A stretch of 64,000 nt of DNA, from contig NC_042997.1 of NCBI RefSeq assembly GCF_006345805.1, positions 67,518,001 to 67,582,000 on the forward strand. The letters run 5' to 3'. Position numbers and translations under genes: made by a program. The DNA is from Octopus sinensis (lineage: Eukaryota). Below, one piece after another: positions 11,091 through 64,000 of the stretch; position 1 is the first letter of the stretch, and each line of letters starts with the position of its first letter. The notes under the pieces were generated by a model. The model did no database searches, was not told the DNA's origin, and saw only the letters and a list, made by a program, of their open reading frames with translations.

Positions 11091-14000
11091 ACTTGTCTTA
11101 AGAATAAATAAGGATTGTAGTATTTAATCTAAAGGTTTTTTTACTTAATCAAGGAGGGGAGGGCAGTGTTCATGCCCCCCCCCCCAATTATCTTTTAGGT
11201 CTTTTAAAATTAGTCAAAGGAAACCTTGAGCTCTACTAAATGTCCAGTGGTGGTTTTAAAATGAAGCTGTGGATTAAGTCTACTGCCCAAAATCTTAGAC
11301 CTCAAGGAACCAGAAGAAACATTGCAAGGAATTTTGTCTGATACTAATTACTTTTTCAATCCACTGTCCTTGATTGTACTTTTATTTTTATCAATGAGAA
11401 TTGAAGTCAGAGTATAGAGAGAGACAGCAAATTACTGCAAGGTATTTGTTGAGACTTTGAGGCTTATAATTAGTTGTTTTGTCCAAGAACAGTGATATTG
11501 AAATACTTCACCTTGGTTATGTTTTTTTATGAGCCAACCTAAGCCTTGCATGTGGATTTGGCAGTGGAAACTGAAAGAAGCCCATCAATCTAACCCATGC
11601 TCAATTCATCATCTAGATTTAATCTGTATAGCGTTGTTTATGTAAACAACAAATAGGTTGTTAATGTACAGGACAAAAAAATCGTGGCAACATAATTGAG
11701 CTTTAGGGCACAACCATTGGTTGTGGGTGACGAGTTGCTGCACACGTGCTGCAACAGTTCAAGCTTTATGCCAGAATGATTAATGTCAAGTGCTGCAATG
11801 TTTTTACTTTATTTGTGAAGGGTGAGAGACCACCAAGTAACATAGGAGAGCAAACTCCTAGTAGATCTATTTATGCAGGGATGGGCTAAAAGTCATGCAC
11901 CAAAATTAAAACAATGAATAATGATAATGCTTTCAAATTTTGGCACAAGACCAGCAATTTAGGAGGAGGGATAGGTCAATTAGATTGACACCCTAGTGCT
12001 CAACAGATACTTATTTTATCAAGCTCAGAATGTAAAGACAGATGGATAATAATGTTATATAAATAAAATTTTGAATGCTTTGGAGTGTGACTTTTGGCCC
12101 ACTATTGAAGCTGAATGGACAATTACTGAGAAAGGAGAGGGACTAAAGGTGATTATCAATGGTCTCTGTCAGTTCTGAGATGCTAGAAGTGTGGTCACAG
12201 AAACTTTTCTTGAGGATGGAACATTGTAGAATATTTCCTAAAATCAGACTAGATTGATAGAATAGTCTTCGGGCTTAGATTTCAAATCTGAGAACAACTT
12301 TCTTCTCTACCAATCCTGGAAGTTCTGAAAAATAAGTCATGAGCACTGTTCTACATCCTAAATCAGTAAAAAAAAACTGTTGCACAGTCCAAATGAAGAG
12401 CTATGATCAAGGCTTTGATAATCCCATCATATTTTCCAAACAGTTTCAAAAGTGCAAAACTAGAGGACAATTTCATTGACAGGGTATGTCAACATGACCA
12501 TTTTTTAAACTTGACAATTTTTATGTTTAGCAAGAAATATAAGCTTTCACACACGCAAATACATATACAAAGGACTTCCATACAGTTTCTTGTGATCCAG
12601 TTTCATTCACAAGACATTGGTCATCCTAAGACACAAGCTCAAGATGTTATATAATGAGATAAAACTCAAGACTAGTAACAAAGTAAACTCAATGTTCACA
12701 CAGCCATACTGTGCCTGAATATGAAGAAAGAATTAACAAACAAAATACATTGACATATAAATAACCAAACAATTATATTTCTTGCTTTTTATTCAATTGT
12801 TATAATAATTATATTTAGAAATTGCACACATTTTTTTTTAAATGAGAGAAGTCACTTCAATCTAATTCTATTTAGACCGAGGACTGGTAAAAGTGAGGAA
12901 AGAATCATATCGGTTTTTTTTTTATTTGTTTTTTTTTTTAAACCTTTTCATATCCTCTTAATCTGTACAAAATGATGAATAAATATGTCATTCATTATTA
13001 TTATTTTATTTCCTATTCTATCCTGAAAAGTTTCATTTAATTTGTAACTAATATTTATTACTTCACTACCCTATTATTCTTCAGAATTGACCCCATATTT
13101 GAAGAAACTATTCAAAGTGTCAATTGCAAATATTCCATAATATATTAGTTTATTCAAAACTGAAGCTTTGATAAGAGTCTCAGTTCATGTTGCAAAAACT
13201 AATAATGATTGAGCTTTTTTGCCTTTGAATATTTAGTTTATAAATTCCCATTTGTGTACTCTTTGTATCCTTAAATGTATGCTTGTTTTTGTAGAGATAA
13301 ATGAGATGACAAATTGTGAAACATAAATAAGACAACTACAAATTACGAATTTATTTGTATTTCTTAAAAAGACAAGATCCCTTTTTTTTTAAAGACATGT
13401 GAGTATAGACAATGTTCTCATCAACAATATATTAATTACATGTTATTTTATGACCTTCATTACAATTAGAAAGGCTAGATCTCGGGTAAAAATTGAACAT
13501 GGAATCTATGAAATGACAAAAACATTATAAGACATTTTAGTTTTCCTACATTCAAAGCATTAAGAGGAGAGAAAAAACCCTGCTGGTACTGAAGATAGAA
13601 CTCCAGCACATACAGAGTTCAAATGACTTTAGTCCAGTTAAAAGACTTAATGGCAACACTATCATATAGGAGGAGCAGAACAATGACAGTCACCAGAATC
13701 TTGAGGAATCATTGTATTGTTTGAAGTTACTTTAAGAAGAAATATATATCAATTATAATTAACAATGAGAATTTTAATACACACTAATCTATTACAGAAA
13801 AAGATGCAGCTCAACAAGCGACATATTTGTAGATCTCAAGTTTTGGCAGAGAGCCTGTTCTTTGTTTGTCCCAGATTAGTGCTTTTATATATATATATAT
13901 ATATAATTCAAATTATTAGATATGATTATTTTTTCATAATTCATTTTAATAGCAATGTGTCTCTTGTTGATGCAAAGATGTAGCTTAATTTTGTTATATG

Positions 14001-14796
14001 ATATTAAACATGTTTATGTAATCATATGCAAAAAAGAGGACTGAAAAAAATCACGTAAGTAGCTCAACTTTCTATTGTTGGTTTTAGAATTAAAAAAACT
14101 TATATACATATTGTATAATACATAAATAGTATTATATATATAAAATGCATTGCATTTATGTATACTTAGCACACGTAAATACAATTATAAAGGTAATAAT
14201 ACCTGTATATTTACAGAAACCATAAGAAAGTAGTATGCACCTCTTTTCTGAATCCTAGCTGAATAATGCAATAGAAGGAATATGATTGTAAAACTGAATG
14301 TTGAAAATGAAAAAAATATTAATGACAAAGAAATCTAAATGCAGGAAGATCTAAGTTGAGATAAGTTAATAGATAAAGAATTTGGCTGATATGAGAATCA
14401 GTAAGTTTACTGAGGAGAAAAATCATCAACTTAATTGATTAAGTGAGAGGCTATCTACATGACCAAGAAAACCAACACATACAGTTCACAGCCCTGAATA
14501 CCTATTAGGAGGCTGACAACAGCCCGCTATCGTACGTATATATTCAACACGATGAGGAATTTCTGCTCTTATGACTTTTTAGAAATCATCAAAGGTGTTT
14601 TTACAAAATGATGCCAACAAATATTTTGAGTTGTATCTCTTGAATGTAAAATAAAAATGAACTAAACAGATAACTTACTAAACAAAAATGATGTGAATTT
14701 TTTTCACAAATCAACTTCTTGCCATTTTGGAACGAAATGCAGAAATAACCTAGAGCTCTTTTATGTGTTGTAATTGGTAATTCTAATCTCAGATTT

Positions 14797-14990
14797 AATA
14801 ATAATAATAATCCTTTCTACCTTAGGCACAAGGTCTGAAATTTTGCAGGAGAGGACTAGTTGATTACATTGACCCCAGTGCTCAACTGGTACTTATTTTA
14901 TTGGCCCTGAAAGAATGAAAGGCAAAGTCAACCTTGGGGAATTTGAACTCAGAAATGCTGCTATGTATTGATTCTGCCAGTTCACCACCT
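14797..14990 (-). mobile_element. Second SINE family with (TAT)n tail; further copies near 11920-12050, 15525-15700, 16815-17080, 44680-44830
   Basis: aataataatcctttctac...gaccccagtgctcaactggtacttattttatt...gaaaggcaaagtcaacc...atttgaactcag shared by all copies. Confidence 0.7.
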
Positions 14991-17900
14991 CAATAATAAT
15001 AATTCTTTCTAATTTTGGCACAGGGCCAGTAATTTCAGAGAGAGGTATAATTGATAATAATGAAAGGTATTACCTGAGATTAAATTTTATGCGGCTAACT
15101 AGATCCTGTTATTACATGATCTGATAGAATAGTCTTATTCAACGAAAAAGAGACAGGGATTATGCTAATCAAGATTCTTCTTACAAGCATCAACATTCTT
15201 CATCTCAAGACTGAAGAAGGAATATTAAATAGTAAGGTTAATTCCAATACTAGCTTTATTAAGGAAGAAATGATGAGAAGTAGGTGACAACATAACTGAC
15301 TATTAAAGATGGTTAGTGTTCTGTCTGCTTGTTTTCATGTTGAGAGAGGAGTAATTTGCACTAACCATCCTGGCAGAAACATTACCAGGATTAGCCTTGC
15401 TCTGACACACTGAAATATTTCAGGATATAAACAATCACGAGAAGATTCCACAATATCATATATAGTTGATGCTGAGTTTTGAATTCTGAGCAAAGAGGTA
15501 CATAACCATTATTTTAAAACAATAACAGTTTCTAACTGAGGCACAAACCAGCAATTTTAAGGGGAAGGGGCTAGTCAATTACATTGATCCCACTACTTGA
15601 CTAGTACTTTATTTTATTGACCTACAAGTGATGAAAGGCAAAGTTGACCTTGGTGGGGTGTGAATTGAGAACTGAGCGCTGGTAATACTGCTATCCACCA
15701 CCCTATATGATAATATTTTAAAACAATAATATTAATACTCATAAGCCTATAGAATACAGAAGGTACTAAAACACATCAGTTCAGGAACAATTGGAAAGAT
15801 TATTCTATAATTTTTGTTGTTATCTAGTCATAAATCAAAACAGAGTAATATTCATAAGTATATTACATAAATTCTAACAAAAAGTTCATTCATATAGAAT
15901 TTCACACAATACAACTCATATTGATATTCAGCATAAAGCTGGTATGGTACAGACTTTCAATTGTTATGGCATCATCATTCAAAAGGAAATGGAACATTAC
16001 ACTCATCATGTAGAAGTATTATTTTCAAATATTCTGTCAAGGAAACCAACTAAAGGAAATAGTTTTTGCATTAAATAGTGATTCAAAACTGTAAACAGAG
16101 GAATTGAAGGTGTTCAAGATTAATTAAATCATAAAAAGCAAAAACGAAATTGCAGATTCTTGTGCAATATGCATGAATTAAGTCCAGATCTGAAGCATTT
16201 CTGACAGTGGACAATCCTAACAATAATTATAATAATGATTTCTATTGGCATAAGGCCTCACATCTGTAGGGCAGGAGGAGTATCATCAATTTAATCTCAA
16301 GACATAGAACTTAGACAACAAAATGACATAAATAAATATTACAATGATTTCCTTTATTACCACATGGCTTATAAAGGAAATTAGTTGATGTAAAAAAATT
16401 CATCCTAGCTTGGAACCAATTGCATCATATCCATGAACTATATACATCATAATTAGGGAGCAGACATGAACTATGCTGCTTAAACATGCACAAAGAAATT
16501 AGAATTTTTTACGTTACACATAAAACACAGAAAGACTTTAACATGTAGCTTACACATTTGGTACCATGCTAGTGCAGCAGGTGAAATATATTTGGAAGAA
16601 CATTTTTGAAATTTGGAAATAATTGGCAGTGACAAGAAAAATATCTGTAGTGTACGGAGTGAACAACATTCAAACTCTAATTCACATATTTTTACCCAAA
16701 TTCTGTACATTTATTTGATTTCACATTTTCATAATTCACACTTTGCTTAGAACTTCCTGAGCCTCAAATGAAACAACAAAGAAAGGAAAATGATGATGCT
16801 TATGAGGATGACCCATAATAATAATAATAATAATAACAAAAATAACGGTTTCTAATAGTACAAGGCTTGATTTCTGTGGGATGAGGTTTAGTTAATTGAA
16901 CTGACCCCAGTACTTGTGTGGTACTGTCATTTTATCAACTCTGGAGGGATGAAAAGCAAAGATGACTTTGACAGGATTTGGAGTTAGATGAAATACTGTA
17001 ACCAAATACTGTAAAGCTTTTCTCCAGTAATCTGACAATTCTGCCATTCCACCATCCTAATTAATAATAATAATGGTTTCCTTCACAAATATTCATTTAA
17101 ATATAAAGTTGCAATTTCCATATTTTCCTCAAAGGTACTGGCGAAGTGAAACAGTTTTCAACCTGGAATCAAAAGCACACCACACACCAGTATCCATCGC
17201 AACAATAATTTTACATCCATAATTGTTACTATAACAAACAAAATAAACCTTAATAGATAAAGCTAAGGGGAGAGAGAGAGAGATGAAGTGGAGAATGCAT
17301 TAGAGAATTACTGAAACTAAACTTGTAGCAATCTAGTCTAATCCTTGAATGAAAGGTCCCGACCAATAACAACATAAAAAAAAAGTAATCACAATCAAAA
17401 TAAAAAGCTAAAAAGAAAGAAAAAAGTGAGTGGTGATGGTTTTAGATAAGGTTGGAGTATTAGAGGTGCTAACACAAAACAGTTGTGAAAGATGATCAAG
17501 AGAAGAAAATAGAAGTCCAAACTGATTAAAGTTCAAAGGCTTTAAAAGAAAATGATAAAACTGTACAGATGTCACATCATTGGTATGTTCCCTTATTTTT
17601 AACACAAATATTGGTTAGATTATTTTTATTTATTTATATTCAAGTAATTGTACTTCAACACTTACACTATACTGTTTGGTTTGTTCTTTATTTTCCTTTT
17701 TGTTTTCTTGTTATTTTTCTGGTGTTTGTTTAATTCTTCAATTTTTCACATTTAAAACAATGTTTTGATATTTCATCTAAATAGAAATGGTAACTGTTCC
17801 TGTGACTTACATCTCTATATTATTACTTTCATATATTTTGCATATTATTTTATTAATTTTAATTTCATTATTATCATATGTCTTTTTACATCCATTTTTT

Positions 17901-18444
17901 TTTGCTTTCTTCCCTAAGATAGCATGAGTTACATAATTCTGCAAATTTACTTTTCATGCATGAATGCACACTTACATACACATATGCACGCACACACACA
18001 CAATGTTTAAAACAAGTGTCTTTAAAACTAGATACCTTTTCTGTCACTAAACATTCAGTGAAAAAGGTGACATGCTTTTGTTTTGTCAAATTTAAATCAA
18101 CTGAAATAAGTTTATATACAGCACATATTATCTCACTTGCTCCAGTCAACTTTATTTAAAAAAAAAAAAGGACCCATTACTACTTCACTATTGGTTTGAA
18201 TGTTAGAAATAACAGAAGTTGAGGTGTAGAAAACATTACTTCAACAACTCATATTATGAAAATATCAAAATTTGTAGAGGCACTCTCTAATACCCTGCAG
18301 ATTAACATAGAAAAGAAACTTGGATATAACATTTTTAAAAATGCTGAGTGTTCTTTTCTTTTCTAGTTTTTGAGCAGGTATTCTTTCTCGCGTTACCATC
18401 TACAAATTTTAAAAAGAAAAAAAATGGCAAGGCAAAGTCAGTCC

Positions 18445-59846
<41,402 letters not shown>

Positions 59847-61488
59847 CTGAAACCACAAAAGAGATGCAATGAGATTACTTTAATGAGTTGAATTTGCAGT
59901 ATGAGTAAGATGAAAGAAAAAACCTCAAGTGTCTTAAGTTCACATTTGAAAAATAAGTCATATAATGAATTTTACCTTGAGTGATTTACCAGAGAATCAA
60001 GAATGGCAGACACACATTCTTACTTAAATTAATGACCAATACTATATTTTTTCTTTTTTTTTTTTTTTCATCCAAAAATAAGATAATCAAATGACTGACA
60101 AAGCTCTACTCACCTCAACACTAAATTCACAAGCCAACAATCAATGATGCTTCCTCTTTGTCTATGATGGTTTCTACTTGTCTCAACTAGAAAGTTATAG
60201 ACCATGTCTGACCAAGACTACCTAAAATTCCCTTTTCCTTTTCATATGTCACCACTCATGTGCTTTATGCCTAAACCCGCAAAACACAGCTCAAATCCTT
60301 CCGACAGACCCATATCATCATCATCATTTAACATCTGTCTTCCATGCTGGCATGGGTTGGATAGTTTGACCTGAGCCAGTAAGGCCAGGGCCGCACCAGG
60401 CTCCATTTGTCTATTCTGGCATGGTTTCTACAGCTGGATGCCCTTCCTAACACTAACCACTCCAGAATGTACTGGGTGCATTTTATGTGGTACTAGTACC
60501 AAGATCTTCTGGAATCGACTCCTTATCCATATTTTTATTACAAGCATCAACTTACACATGTTCAAATTGAACATCAATGACACCAATTCAATTTGTCTGG
60601 AATGGCTGACAAAGATTCTCCCAATTAGATAATTTTTTAAATGCTTGCATAGATAGGATAATTTTTTAAAATTTAATTTATATATTTGCCAACTGTAAAA
60701 GCAATTTTGTTTCTATGGTTAGGTAATCCCCTAGCTGAAAACCATTTAAGCATGAAATATGAAAGACTGTGGCAATCAGAGTTTTTATCTAAGGAGTAAT
60801 AATGACTATAAGCTTTTATGGCTTTATTTATAACAGAGTTAGGAAAAAAAATCAGCACAACACTTCATCAATAAGTCAACACAAAATCATTTTAGCAGGG
60901 TGACATTAATGTAATGCACCATCTGTTTAGCCATCATCATTGATCTAAAGCACACAACTGCTTTTACATTTTTTTTTATCATGGTTGAAGGACAGTTAAC
61001 AAAAGGGTTTTTATTGTATCCAGTTAATCAACCAGTTTATCAACTTTGGTTTTTCTTTATATGTAATACATCATGATAAAAAAAAAGACTTAGTTTTAAG
61101 ATGCTGCTTTTTAAAGCCAAATGATTCATAAATTTGTTGGCAAATCAAGTAAGAAATTATAATGAGTGAGAGAGATGTTGAAAGAGATATAGATTAGGAG
61201 AGGGAGAAAAATATTTCTAGCTTTATGAAAATATATAAAATTGTGATTTATATATATATATATGAAATCCCATCTATCTAGATCAATTTGCAACCTTATT
61301 TTTTTCTTTTAACGATACCAATATTACTTGATTATCTAGGTTATAAATCTCATAATTGTGGTAAAAGTAGAAACCATGCCAAAACAGACAATGGAGTTAG
61401 GTGCAGCTCCCAGCTTTACCAGCTCCTGTCAAACTATCCAGACCATGCCAGCATGGAAAACAGACATTAAATTACGATGATGATGTAT

Positions 61489-61945
61489 GTAAGGTGGCAA
61501 TCTGGCAGAATCATTAGCATGCTAAGTAAAATGCTTAGTGCCATTTCGTCCATCTTAACGTAAAGAGTTCAAATTCCACAAAGGTCAATTTTGCCTTTCA
61601 TCCTTTCAGGGTCTATAAAATAAGTACCAGTTGAGCACTGGGGTCGATATAATCGACTTATCCTGTCCTACAAAATTGCTGGCCTTGTGCCAACATTTGA
61701 AGACAATATTAATGTTATATGCAAGGTTATGAGCTAGCAGAATTGTTAGTATGACAAGCAAAATGCTTAGCAGCATTTTGTCCGTCTTCACATTCTGAGT
61801 TCAAATTCCACCAAGGTAAACATTGTCTTTCAACCTTTTGGAGTCAATAAAATAAGCACTAATTCAGGACTGGGGTCAATGCAATCGATTTACTTCATCC
61901 CATGAAATTGCTGGCTTTAGTAACAAAATTTGAAACCAATATAAA
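61489..61945 (+). mobile_element. Two tandem copies of the second SINE family
   Basis: ggcagaatcattagcatg...gagttcaaattccac...ataaaataagtacc repeated at 61489-61715 and 61720-61945. Confidence 0.7.
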
Positions 61946-62089
61946 TGTTGTATGTAAAAATTCTTGCAATAACACACTACAATACTCCAGAGTGTCAGAA
62001 TGCTCCACTTGAAAATGACTGATCTGTAAGGACACTAGTAGTAAGGACCCACAGTCTTTCTGAAGGGTGTGCACATGTGCTGCATGAAT

Positions 62090-62620
62090 TCATCATCATC
62101 ATCATTGTCGTTTAACATCTGCCTTCCATGCTGGCATGGGTTGGACGGTTTGACTGGGGAGTGGCAAACCAGAAGGCTGTACCAGGTTCCAATCCAAAGT
62201 TTCTACAGCTGGATGCCCTCCCTAATGCCAACCACTCTGTTCGAAGGTCATGCTTCACCACCTCAACCCACGTCTTCCTGGGTCTACCTCTTCCACAGGT
62301 TTCCTCTACTGCTAGGGTGTGACACTTTTTCACACAGCTGTCCTCATCCATTTGCAACACATGACCAGTGCAGTTGTCTCTCTTGCACATCACATCTGAT
62401 GCTTCTTAAGTCCAACCTTTCTCTCAGGGCGCTTACACTCTGTCGTGTATGCACACTGACACTATACACCCAGCAGAGCATACTGGCTTCATTCCTTGCA
62501 AACTTACGCATGTCCTCAGCAGTCACAGCCCATGTTTCACTGACATATAGCATGGCTGTCCACACATGTGTCATACACTCTACCTTTTACTCTGAGCGAG
62601 AGGCAGAAGCTCTCTGAAAT
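62090..62620 (-). mobile_element. RTE LINE 3' end with an internal deletion
   Basis: YVSETWAVTAEDMRK...MLCW and CGRGRPRKTWVEVVKHDL joined directly to the 3' tail. Confidence 0.85.
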
Positions 62621-63189
62621 TTGCCCAAAATAGAAGTTTCAGATTTCAAGAAGTCACATGAGTTAGGTGTTTGTGACAGAAATATTAATGATGGAAATGA
62701 GATTACTCAACAAAGGAATGCAAAATCTGACAAGTTATTTCTAAAAAGTAACTGTCATAGTGCTCCTACCTCCTACCAAATTCTAAACTATTAGAAGAAT
62801 GTCGATGATTTCTGCCATTTAAGAAATTTCCAGTTATTGAAGACATGCTTTTGTATCTACACAGATGCCTTTCATAATGGCACTAACTCAAATGTTGGAT
62901 TTAGTAAACAGTTATAATTATAAAATACTATAACTTGGTTGAGGGTGTATATGCTAGTTACAGTGTATTTAATCCATATTAAGGGATGTGTTTGTATTTG
63001 TTCAATTGTTCTTTTAATGTTTGTTTTGCCATACTGGTATGGCTTGGATGAAAACATATTTGATGTAGGATTTTATACTCAGATGCCATTTTCCAAGTAA
63101 GAGATTCATAGGTCATAGAAAGTGCAGAATGATGAGTTATGTCAACAAGAAATGTAAACTTCATTCAGCATTTTGCTCAAGGAAATCTA

Positions 63190-63385
63190 TAGAGTGTCAA
63201 TATTCACACACACACCTAAATATACAACAGATTTACTATAGCTTCCCTCAACCATATTAACTCACAAGGCATTGGTTAGCCTGGAGCTATAGTAGATTAT
63301 AGGGAGGTACTGCACAGTGGGACTGAATTTGAAACCAAATGGTTGCAAAGAGAACTTCTTAAACACACAGTCTTGCCTGTGCCTT
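63190..63385 (-). mobile_element. tRNA-derived SINE, 5' half
   Basis: ctcacaaggcattggttagcctggagctatagtag...gcacagtgggactgaatttgaaacc. Confidence 0.6.
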
Positions 63386-63405
63386 TAAACAGACATTCAC
63401 ACACA

Positions 63406-64000
63406 CAAGGGTGGGCATAAAAGTTCATAGGCTGATTATGAAGGTGTGATGCAAGAACTATGAAATCTTGCATACATTCATTTCAACTCTTCTTATTAAT
63501 AACAGCATTGTTTGTTTCCAAGTAAACTAATATCTGACTGTTCAAAGAAAACTTCAAAACTAGTCTTCACTTGAAAATGGACAAAATCTAGTAATGAAGT
63601 GTTATCAAGTATTCTGCACAATGAATCTGGCATAACAGAGGTTTCTGACTCATGATCAAAACCACAACATGCTGATCACATTACAGGAAAATTTGACATT
63701 GTTTGGGACAGATTATCTGGTTTCCTTGAACGCTTCCTAACCCAGGATCAGTGTTGGGTTCATTACTTTGAGTCAAAGACAAAGAGACAATCCAAGCAGT
63801 GGAAACATTCCTCCTCACCTGCTCCAAAGAAGGCCTATGTCATCTCATCCTCAAGGAAGGTGATAGCATCAGTTTTGGGGATGCTAAAAGCATTGTTTTT
63901 ATTGAAGATCATCAAAAAGGATACTGCATCAATGGAGAATATAATGCTAACTTGCTGAGGCAGTTATGAAAGGCTATCAAGACCAAATGTCCAGGAAAAC
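63406..64000 (+). pseudogene. Internally deleted mariner running off the window end
   Basis: FLTQDQCWVHYFESKTKRQSKQWKH...PAPKKA...KVIASV (mariner TGDExWxxxY...WxxPxxP.K...KVMxSVFW); TIR-like aagggtgggcataaaagttcataggctga at the start. Confidence 0.85.

Noticed and set aside
60108-60180. Strong minus-strand donor GAG|gtgagt as the missing upstream Miro exon
   Set aside because: No Miro-like frame ending in phase 0; the phase-0 frame has stops. Exons 1-4 appear to lie beyond the window

Overview
Eukaryotic, AT-rich, repeat-dense genomic DNA. The SINE and RTE repeat families look like those of Octopus (coleoid cephalopod); this is recognition from memory, not a database result. Two spliced nuclear genes for mitochondrial proteins lie tail-to-tail, both with 5' exons outside the window. 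(1) + strand: the last three exons of glycine cleavage system H protein (GCSH; 3006-3069, 6863-6994, 10298-10395), with the lipoyl-lysine ESVK motif. (2) - strand: 17 exons of mitochondrial Rho GTPase Miro (RHOT1-like; 59846 down to 18445), reconstructed by hand with GT-AG boundaries and consistent phases, 1698 nt = 565 aa + stop. These cover the end of the N-GTPase, two EF hands, the C-GTPase, a symmetric 69-nt cassette-type exon and a tail-anchor exon. Introns carry tRNA-type SINEs, RTE LINE fragments, four mariner relics, a full-length Tc1-like element with DD36E spacing, a piggyBac fossil plus TTAA MITEs, a hAT MITE, a Penelope-like GIY-YIG fragment and microsatellites. The best leads are a candidate restorative A-to-I site (Ser AGT to Gly) in Miro EF-hand 1, variable exons before the Miro tail anchor, a perfect 94-bp intronic hairpin, and a ~16% GC, CpG-undepleted block of unknown origin in a GCSH intron. 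I found no prokaryotic system or CRISPR array, and nothing here is demonstrably a new biological system.
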